NCBI RefSeq assembly: GCF_902459465.1
Contig: NC_047080.1
Location: 2,046,001 to 2,110,000 of the forward strand
Source: Asterias rubens
Lineage: Eukaryota
Direction of reading: 5' to 3'
DNA length: 64,000 nt
A program made the translations under genes and the position numbers. Shown piece after piece: positions 24,255 through 55,700 of this stretch. Each line of letters starts with the position of its first letter. Positions within the stretch are counted from its first letter, which is position 1. The notes below the pieces were generated by a model. The model saw nothing but the letters and a program-made list of their open reading frames with translations. It was not told the DNA's origin and ran no database searches.

Positions 24255-26071
24255 CTATCCTCCATGAAGTGTTGATATGAAGACTATTCTATCAGAAGGT
24301 TGCAGTTTGTAATCTAGCTCTCCCTGAAAAAAAAAATTGAAAAAAAATCACAAAATATTCACAGTCCATTATTGAAGCTACAACGATAGTCCAATTACAT
24401 GTGGGTGTAAACTTATTTGGTTTGGGTTTAATTGTTTGGATAGGCACTTGAAATGGAAAGGAATTGATTCAAAGCCAATCTAAAGAGCTGCTCAAGCAGA
24501 CAATGGCGCTTAACAAGAATTTTCTGCTTAGCAAAAAGCAACAGAAAACAATTGCAGATGGTAGATGTTACTTGGTATTTTTGGCTGGTAATATAATATT
24601 CTGGTTAGCAAGGTTGGTTTATACATTTTTGTATCCAGTTCATTGTCGATATTTCACAATCGTACATGAGAGTATTGATGCCTAAAGATATTTTTTTTAA
24701 GCAAACTTGTGCTTTTAGAAAATACCTCCACAAAATTAGACAGAATATAATGACGTACCATTAGCTCCCAATCGGCATCATTCACTAGCACCAAGATGCC
24801 AGGTCTCCTGTGATAACACAAAAAACGAATTAAAGAGAACCAGAACCAATTTGCTTACTTGGCCCAGATTTGTTCCCTAAAGTTCTTGAGTTGTAGTGTT
24901 TTTTATAGTTTTTTGAAGCCGATTGACAAACAGACACTGACTGGTTAAGAATTAAAATAGCTATGATTTTGGTTCCGCTGTTCACTTTGCAAAGAAGTGT
25001 GTAACTTACACAGTGCCATTTTGGATAAACAGCTCAGGTCTCTCTTTCAGAATGTTGTCTTTGATCCAAACTAAAAGTTCTCTGATATTCCCTAAAGAAG
25101 AAAAAAAGCAAAATATAAGAACACATTGAAAATTGTTGTAGGGTACACTTCACATTGGCCAATGCCAGTTTAACTTGTAAGTATTTTAGTTTGATCAAAC
25201 CTCTTTACATGCACTTACATTGCTCTCCATTTGAAGTGTCCAATGCGACATCGTGTGATTTCACTTTGTCAAATAGTAATTCAGCTCCTCCACTTGAAAA
25301 AGAAAAAACAATCAGATACGCTTTATTATTAAGTAGAACTGACAGCAGAAACACTATCTTAATTTATTATATTACTTTTCTAATTAATAAGAAAATAAAA
25401 GGTACTTTACAGGTAAAGCAAGAAAGTGTGGGTGCGTACTCCATCTTACCCAATAACTAGGCATTCTCTAGACCCAGTAACTGGGGCAAAAGTGACAGTC
25501 AGACCCGTCACGTCAGGACAGTAGACACCCTTTCTTTATCATCACTTTCACATTTTGAGTTTCATCTTTATTATTTTCAATTTAGTAAAATTTAAAAATG
25601 TTTTTTTTTTTTCAATCGCTCGGGCTGTGCTATCTGAGTATCTCTGTCCACTACTCTATTTTATTTTAGTACTATATTTTATTTTAGTACTATGTTTTAT
25701 TTTAGTACTATATTTTATTTTAGTACTATTCATTCAATTTCAATCATTCATTCAATCATGATAAACTTAATTTAAAAAAAGTAAACAGACAAAGTAACAT
25801 TAACAAGACTTGTTAATGTTACTTTGGTTGAGGCCTACTTTATTAAAAAAAAAAAAAATTTTTTAGTAATTACAACGCAAAACCAATGGCAATGTTATTA
25901 ATACAGCTAAATGTGTGACCTGCACAGTTCATGAGTTTGTTATGGTAAGTAATAATTTCATTTTAATTAAAATGCGTTGAGTTTGGTTCAAACGAATAGA
26001 TAAAACGAACCAACCAACCTGAATTCAAGCCGTATTTGTAAGCCATCCAAACTTGTCCTGGGCGCTGCCAT
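24255..26071 (-). CDS. URM1: Ubiquitin-related modifier 1, 5 exons, 108 aa
   Basis: Minus-strand exons 26071-26019, 25292-25219, 25091-25010, 24807-24759, 24323-24255. Translation [29 protein letters not shown]...[66 protein letters not shown], with the diagnostic C-terminal TLHGG. GT-AG and phases consistent. Confidence 0.97.
25667..25730 (+). repeat. ~19-bp tandem repeat (TATTTTATTTTAGTACTA-like), ~3-4 copies, URM1 intron 1
   Basis: Directly visible. Confidence 0.8.
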
Positions 26072-26159
26072 CTTGAATTTAGTCTAGTCCACCGTTAATG
26101 TCATATAGCGCCACGGTACCATGCGACGATTCAGCGCCAGATTACCATACTTAGAAAAA
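26072..26159. promoter_or_regulatory. Bidirectional promoter shared by URM1 and PFDN6
   Basis: Divergent ATGs at 26071 (-) and 26160 (+) are 88 bp apart. The spacer is relatively CpG-rich. YY1-like AAGATGGC / AAAATGGC motifs overlap both starts. Confidence 0.75.
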
Positions 26160-28758
26160 ATGGCAGCCGACAGTGTGCAGTCAAACTTGCAAGACGAGCT
26201 TGAGAAATTCAAGACTGTTCAGAAAAGTGAGATGTTTTCTTTAATTGTTTGATTTTGCATTCATTATAGTTGTAATGTGCGTAATGTGTAATCGTATGAT
26301 GTATTTCAGAGTGAAATATTTTAGCGGAAAACAGTAAAATTGAAGTCACCATGCTTTATTTTTATGATTCATCATTCAGTTTCACTCGTCAGATATTCCA
26401 TACACAGCACTGAGCATATGCAGAGTGTGAGTTTGAACCGTGGGTTCAACATGTTCAAGGAAGACGTACCGGCCGACCAATACTTCTACATCCTTTAGAT
26501 GAAATTTTGGATAACTTTCCGTATGGCGCCACCACTTTTTCACTCATTTTTACAAAAAGGGATATATCAATCAGGTAAATTAGATACTATATTATTTTAT
26601 TGCGAATGAAAAAGTGGTGGCGCCATACGGAAACTTTTCCGAAATTTTGATGAGTAATTTTTAGTAGAATACAGCTATAATTTTGCCTATCATCCCCTTT
26701 CTTCCAAAAGTAAAACTATAAAAGTATAATTTTTTATAAAATTAAAAATAAAGAGAAGTAAAAATAAAAGTAAATTAATAATATCCTTGGCTTCAGTTAC
26801 ATGTGTACTTCAAGTTCAAGTTAAATTAAAGAAAGTGTGTTGAGCATGTTGGGAGAAGAGCTCGACTTCGGATTAAGATTATCGCAACATGTATCGTTCG
26901 CAACATGTCATGTATCTTTGTTCTGTTGAGCCAGTCAGTCAGAAGCCATTCAACTGTTCACATCCTGCTCTCTAGTAAATTTGTCTTTGTTTAATTCAAC
27001 CCCAAATTTTTATTTACTCTTACTTAAAAACATTTATGTATTGTTAACCATTATTATCTACACAACAGATTATCAAAAAGCTGTGGAGACGAGGCAAAAG
27101 CTTGATGCCCAGCTAAATGAAAACAACATTGTCAAGAGTGTAAGTATTTTCTCTCAGGGGGTGGGGGAGGGTGGGGGGGTGGTTGACAGCTACACCGGCC
27201 ATCCCTTCCTTGTTAAAGTCTGACCTGTGATTTTATTTTTGACAAGTGTTATAAATATTTCAATTACCCCTAATGCAAATGCCTATTCAATTTCACAAAT
27301 ATTTGTTAACATTCTGTCTCATACATTGTTTGTTATAGGAGATTGACCTCCTCGATGGAGAAGCCAAAGTCTTCAAGATGATGGGCCCCGTACTGATTCA
27401 ACAAGATTTAGCTGAGGCCAAATCCACTGTAGGCAAGAGGATGGAGTACATCGGGGGAGAAATGTAGGTTGATTGGAAATTTCAATAATACTACTTTTGA
27501 CTGAGTTCCTATTCAGGGCTTTATCGCACCTGCTGGGCGTCTCTAAATGTGCAGTATTTTTTCCCTGCAAGGTATGTGGACGCAGTTCAACAATGAACTA
27601 GCCTCCTGGACCACTTTGAGAGAATTGTTACTGGTTTGTACATTAACTAGCATTTGGCCAGCAGACCACTGTTGGAGGAGAACGTAGCCTTCAAAGTTAA
27701 AACAAAGTCAGGGTGTATGTTAAAGGCAGTGGACGCTATTGGTAATTACTCAAAATAATTATAAGCACAAAACCTTACTTGGTACTGAGTACTGGGGAGC
27801 TGTTGATAGAATTACACATTGTGAGAAACAGCTCCCTCTGAAGTAACGTAGTTTTCAAGAAAGAAGTAATTTTCCACGAATTTGATTTTGAGACATCAAA
27901 ATTAGATTTTGAGGTTTTTCGAAATCAACATTCTGAAAGCACACAACTACATGTGACAAGGGTGTTTTTTCTTTCATTATTATCTCGCAACTTTGACGAC
28001 TGATTGAGCTCAAATTGAGCTCAAATTTTCACAGGTTTGTTATTTTCTGCATATGTTGAGATACACCAAGTGAGAAGACTGGTCTTTGACAATTACCAAT
28101 AGTGTCCAGTGTCTTTAATGATATTTGGTGATTGACCTTACACTGATGTGTGTTAAGCACTCTGTACTGAGTATGTTTTGAAGTATGAGACCTATTCCTT
28201 TACATATCACCATGAAGTGGTTTACAATGTGCTGTGGCACAATATGCAGCCAGTCAAACCAGGAACACCAGGACGAACCCCTTCTCGATACGGACTGTGC
28301 TCACTGATCTAAATCAGGTGGTGACAACAAACAACATGCAAAGTTTGCAAGTACAACTTGCAAGTACCTGCTGCTAAAGCATAGGATTTGAACTGCCTCT
28401 ACCTACCGGGCAATTTCGATGGTCTAGTTGTTATGACACTGTTCTAGAATTGCAAGGGTCGTGGGTTAGAATCCCACCCGAGTAATATGCCTGTGATTTG
28501 TTCACAGAACCCGGGAAAGTACCAAGTATACAATGCTTTACACACATTGCTGTATTTGGGTAAAACCAAAATGAATATTTCAAATTCTACCTGTAAATAG
28601 TCGGTAATTTGTGTTCATTTTCCCTTCTTGTTTATAGAAAGCGGCAGGATGGTTTGATCAAGGATCTAGACAGCAAACAGAACGAGCATCGTGACAAACT
28701 GGCCAAGTTGCAACAGCAATTCCAGAAGACTCAAGCACAAACCATGGCCAAATCATAG
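26160..28758 (+). CDS. PFDN6: Prefoldin subunit 6, 4 exons, 127 aa
   Basis: Exons 26160-26226, 27069-27139, 27339-27463, 28638-28758. Translation includes RQKLDAQLNENNIVKSEIDLLDGEAKVFKMMGPVLIQQDLAEAKSTVGKRMEYIGGEIKR, the prefoldin beta signature. Confidence 0.96.
26509..26640 (-). mobile_element. Merlin-like MITE (PFDN6 intron 1)
   Basis: Perfect 8-bp TSD GAAATTTT at 26501-08 and 26641-48. Confidence 0.85.
27720..28118 (+). mobile_element. Family A MITE, full length (PFDN6 intron 3)
   Basis: Both TIRs present, TTAA on both sides. Confidence 0.9.
28138..28587 (+). mobile_element. Repeat H, longest copy, with inverted ends
   Basis: Left ACACTGATGTGTGTTAAGCACTCTGTACTGAGTA is the inverse of the right end; tRNA-like module at ~28410-28485. 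Confidence 0.7.
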
Positions 28759-30479
28759 CAACAGCTTTAGGAAGTCTCAAAGTTTTTATTTAAGATAGCA
28801 TTTTTTTGGTGTTAGAGTGTAGTTGGTACTGGTGTGTGAGGCCGAGAAGTTTGTAGTAAGCGCGGAATTTCTTGCTTAAAAGCTTCATGAAATAAGATCC
28901 TTCTACCATGGCAGTTGCTTTCCCATTTAACTGCAAATTTAGGCCTAATTCGCTTTTATCAAAAGATGTTAGTTTTTTTACTCGTCATAATGTATCATTC
29001 TTACAGATTGCAATTTACTGTGTTATTTTGAAATTGCTTGGGGTTTTACAGTACTTTGGTTGACTACACAGAGATTCGATAAGTTTTAATTTTTGTTTTT
29101 TTTAAGATTTAACTTTAGAAATATGTGTTATATTTCTATCCAAAACTACTGGCTAATCACTAATCAGTGATGAGAAATCTCAGAGTTTAATCTGAATTAA
29201 GACCTTTTTCAATCTGTATGGTGAAAGAAATATTGGTTGTTTCATCAGATATGAAGAAATCCTGCTCTTTGATATACTTCTATAGTGCTTAGGAAACTGA
29301 GAACCTCCTTACAGTATTTAACTTTGGGCTACAGCAAGATGGAAAAGCCATCAGTTCAACATACTTCATTCAACAAATTGTATACTTCTGGTAATTACTC
29401 TTCAAGTCAATGACCATAAAAAAACATCCCTTTGAAGTACTTAAGTTTAGAGAAAGAGGTTATTTTCAACCCCAAAATTTGAATCTGAGAAAGGCTTTAG
29501 GCTTTTAGTATATTGTTTTCCTTCAAAACGATGGAGATTTGTTCACCTGTTTTCTTTTCCCTTTTTATTTGTATGCATTGAAATAAATGTAATGTTAACC
29601 CCTTCTCTGTGTACATCGTTTCTGATTTATTTATAATATGTCGCAAGGTTGGAAAATAAAGTTTGAGAGTGATAAAGAAAAATATGTCTTGACCATCCTG
29701 ATTATTTAGACCATCTTGATTATTTAGAGTTAAAGCACGAATCTGACAACAGAAGGCGAAATAATTCTCGAGATGGGGTGGGTAGAGAGAGGGGGAGGTC
29801 TCATACATCAAGGGGGAGGGGGAACATGCCCGCCCCTAGTAATGCAAGTGTTTACAGCAACACATTTCCAAAAAGGTAGATGTAGGGGGGCCTAACATGC
29901 ATTGGAAAATTATAGTTAATTATAATTTGTATATTTATTATTTTAATATAGGTAAACTAAAACAAGTGGCTATGCTCTCAAAGGAGACAATTAATTTAAG
30001 TTAAATATGCAAAAAAAAAGATATACAATTTGATTTGTAAATTATGTTCAAAATTATTGATATAATATAAAAGTAGTTGTGAATGTTGAGCAGACGTTTT
30101 TTTCACAGAAGGTCCCCCAAAGTGTCAAAAGTTTCCCCCTGACTGGTGTTCTGTTTCATGTTACTTTAAAATGCATGTTAACCCCAGTGTACCAGCGAAC
30201 GAAAAAGTTGGAGGTCCCACGGCTGGTACTCTTTAACAGCGTATGGTTTATTAATGAGAGGGAACCCGACACCAACTAAAGTTTATCGTTGCTACATGAC
30301 GCTTTTCATTGCTTTCCATATGGCTAGTGGTTTTGTGTGTGACACTTGAGTGCCTCTCTCCGGTCCCATGCGTAATAAATGTTGTGGTAGTCGAAAATGT
30401 GCTGAAATTTAGTGGAGATTCCTGCAACTTCCGCACTTTGAATTGCAGTTATTTGTAGCGTACTTTTGTTCTATGCAAC

Positions 30480-48607
<18,128 letters not shown>

Positions 48608-48877
48608 GTCGTAAAAGGGAACAATATTGTAGACGTCTCGTCCAGTCTAACTATCGCTGCAAAATCTGTCATGCTCTACAAGTTGCCGTGACCGTGGGCT
48701 ATTCTCACTAAACTGCCAAACTGGAAGTGTGCTGGACAAAATGATTGAATAGCTAAAGTGGAAAACTTGCAGAGCATTATAAAGCATATAGTAGGTATCC
48801 TTTTTTTGGCCGAGAATTTGTTCTTCTTATTTTATACAAATTCGTTTTTGTAATAGCTTTGGGAAACATTTCAGCAT

Positions 48878-49075
48878 TTAAAGACACTGGACACCTTTGG
48901 TTATTGTCAAAGACCAGTCTTCTCACTTGTCGTATCTCAGCTTCCGCACAAAATAACAAACCTACGAAAAATTGCTAAATTGTGGTGGTTGAAGTTGCAA
49001 GATAATAATGGAAGAAAAAACACCTTTGTCACACAAAGTTGTGTGCTTCCAGTTGCTTGATTTCGGGACCTCAAA
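48878..49075 (-). mobile_element. Family A MITE, half copy
   Basis: TTAA-AGACACTGGACAC start, truncated at gacctcaaaa. Confidence 0.8.
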
Positions 49076-49808
49076 AGAGTGATAATTATCTTGATTATAA
49101 ACAGACAGCAGACTTGACAACGAAGGGGACACCAATTATGACGCCTGATGTATTAATTTGTGTTGTTAGATTTTTCTTCTTTCGTATACACTTAAAATAC
49201 CATGGTAATTTTTCAAATTGTACACAGATTAGATAGTTACCATTATTGTACTCTAGGTTTTTACAACGCTCTGTAGATACATTTATATTTGTACTAACAT
49301 TTACTCCAGCACTATCCTCCTTTTAAGAACTTACTCAGAACTACTTACTAATGTAGAATTGCAAATGTTCATTTTGAATTTTGTAGTATATTGAGTTAAA
49401 CTTAAACATTATTAATGGTGTCGGCCTTATGTTTTCATTTTGAAAAATTTTCCAAACTGATTTGAAAACAATCCGTCCAAAATAGTTTCTAAAATGAAAA
49501 ATAGTTTATTATTTTGTAAAAGTGACACACATAATTATACGAACTGCAGCTTGATTGGTTTATAATTTGATATTAGAAGATGTGGTTATAAAAACTCATA
49601 AATATTTCCGTCCTTTTAAAAATATTGATTTATACAATTTTTTTCCAGTCTGTATTCATCCGTTTGTAAATTTTTATAGGTCTGATTTTTGTTAAACTTT
49701 TGTATATTTTGGCATCAATTGAATGAGCGGGATTTATTTTCTGAAGAATAAAAAGACAGTCTAGTAGTAAGGAGCGTGTTTCTGCAACTTCATTTGTGTT
49801 TTCAATTT

Positions 49809-50153
49809 TTAAAGACACTGGACACTATTGGTTATTGTCAAAGACCAGTCTTCTCACTTGGTGTATCTCAACATATGCACAAAATAACTAACCTATAAAT
49901 AGAAAAAACACCCTTGTCACACAAATTTGTGTGCTTTCAGATGCTTGAATTATAGACCTCAAATTCTAAATCTGAGAGGTCTCGAAATCAAATTCGTGGA
50001 AAATTACTGCTTTCTCGAAAACTACATTACTTCAGAGGGAGCCGTTTCTCACAATGCTTTATACTATCAACAGCTCTCCGTTGCTTGTTACCTAGTAAGT
50101 TTTTATGCAAAAAAATATTTTGAGTAATTACCAATAGTGTCCACTGCCTTTTT
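49809..50153 (-). mobile_element. Family A MITE, near full length
   Basis: Both TIRs present, with an internal deletion. Confidence 0.85.
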
Positions 50154-51510
50154 AAAGAGTGTCAAATCATAACCAACAAAATAAAGTAATTTTAAAGCCG
50201 ATGCCATGCAAGTTGTCAAGCGTAAAGCCCGGTTCATACTTCATGCGAATGCAAATGCGAAGCGAATTTGGCGGGAATTTGATGTCGCAACCCTCCTTTC
50301 GCTGAATGAACTGAGTTGAGCTGCTGCGAATTTTTCGTTGCGAATTTGTGACGTCAACATTCGTACAATCTTGGCACACGCGGACTTAGACTTGTAAACG
50401 TCGTTCGAGTTGCCAACTTTCCCTGATTCTGCAGAAAGATCCCTGAAAATAAACCCAATCTTCCAATGTTCGGATGACTAGATTTGAAAATCTCCCTGAT
50501 TATTGAAACATACTTCCTGCGAATACGATGTACACAGGTTGTTGTACACAAAATCTTACTTATTGCGAAATGTTTGCAGCTCTGCGTATTTATCTGCGCG
50601 CGGCTCGAAAGTGTGACGTCGGATGTTCGGTTTAGCACGTGTGTGACCGGCTAGATTAATTAAACAACAAGATTTGCCGCCATTTAATTACTGGTATTAT
50701 GAACGTTGTTCTATAATAGATGTTAAATTTGCATCGGGGATAAAGAATATAAATTTTTGGTTTTTACCGATGTGTGTTAGCACTGTATACTCAGTACTTT
50801 CCCGAGTCCTGTTAGAACGTTGTGCTAACAATCCAGCGAAACATTGGAGCGATATCGATAAAACAGTTCAGCCTTATTGTTATTTGTTTACTTGAGGACT
50901 TGGTTTTATTTTATAATTAACAAAGGGTTGGTCGATTGTTTTGGCGAGCCATTTTAAACTCGGTCTCGTGATTGGTTATAACCGTCAGCAGAAACGGTTT
51001 TCATTTTTACAACTGCGAAAACTCATTCAAAAGCGCAACAAAACTTGCTAACCACATGCGATTATTTTCCTAGCAAAAATAGGTACCAGCCAGCAGAACA
51101 CACAGCTACCATTTCTGCGACCGATATCTTGGTCACCAGCTAAGAAATTTGCTATGCAGAATTTTCTTTTTCACTAACGAAGGTTGGTCGTTCGTTTTGG
51201 CGGGACTAGGTCCCGTTCTTGGTTATAACCGTCAATGCCAAAACGGTTTTTAGTTTCACAACTGCAAAAACCTATTCAAAGGCACAAAAACAGGCTCACA
51301 TTTTCACAGGTTTGTTATTTTATGCATTGGTGAGATACACCTAGTGAGAAGACTGGTCTTTGACAATTACCAATATTGTCCACTGTCTAAGACAACGGTC
51401 CGAGTAGGGTTGAGCCTTCAGTCTCGAGCTTGTGATTGGGCAACGGCAAGATCTCAACGTGTAACGGTGCTTTGAACGTGCAAAACGAAGGTTACTAATA
51501 GCACGTCGCT

Positions 51511-52340
51511 CGACATGGTTTTATTTAAACAAAGGTATTACTTTGCCACAAAACAATTAATTGTCCTTAATTAACCTCGCTACTTTTAATTAAAATGAAG
51601 CTATTATCAATAGAATCTCTTTGTTTGATAAATACTCTTTACGAAGACATACATTAGTACCCTTGGACATACATTTAAGTGCCCTTGGACTATATCCGTC
51701 CACAAAATCACTGCAAAGAATAAACAAACAAAATTAATTAGACGGTTTCGAGTGTCAAGCACTGGGGTGACACTCCTATAATGGTACGGGAAGTATAATA
51801 TGACAATTTGGATGTACTGATGCCAGTAAGTTTACCAAAGTCAAAATGAACGTTTTTAAAGTAACTGCAACCCCTCCATCCCAGCCCCCCCCCCCCCCCA
51901 ATAATAAAAAAAAATCGACATGCTTGACATGGTTTTATTTAAACAAAGGTATTATTTTGAAACAAAACAATTAATTGTCCTTAATTAACCTCGCTACTTT
52001 TAATTAAAATGAAGCTATTATCAATAGAATCTCTTTGTTTGGTAAATACTCTTTACGAAGACATACATTAGTACCGCAAACTTTTCTATATTTCTATATA
52101 CATAAGTACCCTTGGACATACATTTAAGTGCCCTTGGACTATATCCGTCCACAAAATCACTGCAAAGAATAAACAAACAAAATTAATTAGACGGTTTCGA
52201 GTGTCAATCACTGGGGTGACACTCCTATAATGGTACGGGAAGTATAATATGACAATTTGGATGTGCTGACGCCAGTAAGTTTATGAAAGTCAAAATGAAC
52301 GTTTTTAACTGCAACCCCTCCACCCCCCCCCCCCCCCCCA
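51511..52340 (+). repeat. Tandem duplication of ~400 bp upstream of the astacin gene
   Basis: 51511-51899 and 51925-52340 are near-identical and both end in poly-C. Copy 2 has a ~34-bp extra segment. Confidence 0.92.
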
Positions 52341-52738
52341 CAAAAAAAACCACCCAGATCTCAACATCCAAAAAAACAAAACCCAAAGCAAAATACTCTC
52401 ACAATATTCCAAAAATCGTCGGAGTTCCTCTGCGAAACGGACTGGACTACGTTCGTGTGCAGTCGGCTAAAAAATTACTTTGTCAAAACCACTGCTTTCG
52501 GCTCACAAAATAGTCTCATGTTTCCTTTGTATCGCCGCATGAAGACCCATGGTTGCGGATACAGCAATCCCCGCCTTCGTCGTTGGAATAATAGAATCAC
52601 AAATTTTTACGGGACGTACCTCCCCCGGGGATAGCTTAGTGTTTGATCAGGAATTGTTGAAACTGTCAGCCAATAAAAGACCGCGTTACCATCACCCGGT
52701 CTTCATTAAGAAGAAGGGAGCCGCTAGAAGTAACGACA

Positions 52739-55700
52739 ATGAAGACCTTGCTGATCACCCTGTTGCTGGTTGGGTTCACCCTCGCATTTGTCAAAAATCG
52801 TGGGGTAAGTCAAGAATCTATAGTCACTCCCATGGTGTTCACCTCCCTAAAGAAACCGTCTATTATTTTATGAAACTTAATCTCTTTAATAAGTTCTTAA
52901 TTGTTATGGTTGCATTAAACCATGGAGGTAGGATTGTTAAAGCCAGTGGACACTATTGGTAATTACTCAAAAGAATTGTTAGCATAAAACCTTACTTGGT
53001 AACGAGTAATGGGGAGAGGATGATAGTCTAAAACATTGTAAGAAACGGTTCTCTCTGAAGTGACGTAGTTTTCGAGAAAGAAATAATTTTCAACGAATTT
53101 GATTTCGAGACCTCGGATTTAGAATTTGAGGTCTCGAAATCAAGCATCTGAAAGCACACAACTTCGTGTGACAAGGGTTTTTTTTTTCTTTCATTATTAT
53201 CTCACAACTTGGACGACCAATTGAGCTGAAACTTGCACAGGTTGGTTATTTTGTGCATATGCTGAGATACACCAAGTGAGAAGACTGGTCTTTGACAGTT
53301 AAAGTTTGTCTTTAAAGTTGTGTTTGCTAATGTAAGGTCCCGACTGGTCAGAAAACATATAATTGTTTCTCTTTAATTAACTATATAGACGAGACTGGAA
53401 AAGTTTCCGTATGGCGCCACCACTTTTTCATTCGAAATAAAATAATATAGTATCTAATTTACCTGATTGATATATCCCTTTTTGTAAAAATGAGTGAAAA
53501 AGTGGTGGCGCCACATGGAAAGTTATCCACGAGACTCAAAATATTTGAATGTTGTGTCATTTTAAAAGATGGTTCACAAAAAAAATCCACCAATACATTA
53601 GTTTTACTATACCGTGGTCCAGTGGTTTAACCTACAATCCCAATATTGTGGGTTCGAATCCTACCAAGCAAACCGCAGATTTCACAATGACAAGAATGCC
53701 TATTGTCGTCTTGTAGTTACTGAATCACAGTTACTGGATGTGTTCAATTCTTCATCATAGACGTTAAACCAGTGTACTGTATGTATGAGAGAGAGAGTGC
53801 TGCCACCTTGGTGTGTATGTGGGATCCCTTTCTTGTGGGAGTTTGCAGAGTTCTCTTAAGGGAAGGTACAGGTTTAGTTATTACTCATAACAAATATTAT
53901 CTTAAAAACTGACTTGGTAACGAGCATTGGAGAGGTGTTGATAGTATAAACCATTGTGGGAAACGACTCCCTCTGAAGGAACTTAGTTCTTGAGAAAGAG
54001 GTAATTCTAGCTATAGAAGTCTTTTATTCTTATCTGAAAGCACAAACATTCGTACAACAAGGGTGTTTTTCTTTCATCATTTTCTCGCAACTTCGATGAC
54101 CAATTGAGCCCAAATTTTCACAGACTTGTTATTTTATGGTTATGATGGGATACACCAAGTGAGAAGACAATTACCAAACGCGTACCTTCATCTTAACTAC
54201 ATCTTAACAAACGTGATGAAGTTCGCCCGGCCCACATTCATGTTTAGTTTAACGGCTCACTGGTCATGGCGATTAAAGTGCACCTGGCTAGTAAAGTCGT
54301 GTTTAAATTACGTAATAAGTTTAGTATATAAGACCCATTCAACCTTGACTCGTGGTCTGATTCCTTAATTCGGGTGCGCCACCACAAGCCTGTAATACTA
54401 GTTTCTAATTTGAGTTGTGTTTAAATAAAACACCCTGTTGTTTGTGGCTAGAACTACGTTCAAGAAGAGAAACGTCTCGAGTTTCGATCCCTTGAACGGC
54501 ACGGTTGAGAAGGCCAGCCCGTCCATTTAAGTCATCGTCTCGAAAAAGGGAGCCTAAATAGTTTGCATTATTGAAACCCCAGATGCGGGATGACTTCAAC
54601 AGCAAAGCGGTGGAATTCCTGAGCGGGCGTGACGGAGAGGCTGCCCGGGCAGAGATGACGCCCTCCCCAGGGTGTGTAGAGGGTGACATGGAGCTCACAT
54701 CGGAACAGAAAGATGTCTACTTCGCCATGAGGGAAGCCACAGCTAAGAACAGAGCTCGGGTACGGCGTGACGCCCAAGCCGCATTCTCTATCTGGCCGAA
54801 CAAGACCCTCGTGTATCGGTTCGACGCATCACTTGGTTAGTCGGTCTTTATTCGTTGCGAAATCTTGACCAAATTTCCTTCATTGAGCTGATTAAAGGCA
54901 GTGGACACTATTGGTAGTTACTCAAAATAACTTATTAGCATAAAACCTTTCTTGGTGACAAGTAATAGGGAGATGTTGATGGTATAAAACATTGTGAGAA
55001 ACGGCACCCTCTGAAGTGCCATAGTTTCCGAGTAAAGAGTAATTTTCCACGAATTTGATTTCGAGACCTCGGATTTAGAACTTGAGGTCTCGAAATCAAC
55101 CATCTAAACGCACACACACCTTCGTGTGACAAGGGTGTTTTTTCTTTCATTCATATCTCGCAAGTTCGATGACCGATTGAGCTCAAATTTTCACAGGTTT
55201 GTTATTTTATGTATGTTGAGATACACCAACGGCTAGTCTTTGTCAATTACCAATAGTGTCCACTGCCTTTAAACTAAGCCGGCAACATTATGCTTACTAG
55301 TTGAAGATTTACCAGCCAAAATACCAGGTCACAAGTACACGTTGTGACTGGTATTCTGCTCATTTCTGCTAAGCAGGAAATTGTTTAACACAAATTCTGA
55401 ATATGAATTTTGGTTGTACACTTACACCGATGTGTGTTAGAACTGTATACTCGGTACTTTCCTGAATTCTGGGGGAGGGGGGGGGGGTGAAATCACAGAC
55501 ATATTATTTGGGTGGGATTCGAACCCACGACCTTTGCCAAATTAGAGCAGGATGTCTTTTGACCACCATAAAACTCGCTTGGTCAAACAAAGGGAAGCTA
55601 TTGACATATAAAACATTATAAGAAACAACTCCCTCTGAAGTAACGAAGTTTTTGAAAATAATATTTGAATCTGAGAAAGACTTCAGAACTTGAGAAGCCT

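Noticed and set aside
30288-30300. RFX X-box upstream of STKLD1 (GTTGCTACATGAC)
   Set aside because: Only the 5' half fits the consensus; too weak to call without a PWM or conservation.
52549-52962. 137-aa ORF upstream of the astacin gene
   Set aside because: No recognisable domain. It overlaps, in another frame, the signal-peptide exon 52739-52804 and reads through its donor into a MITE.
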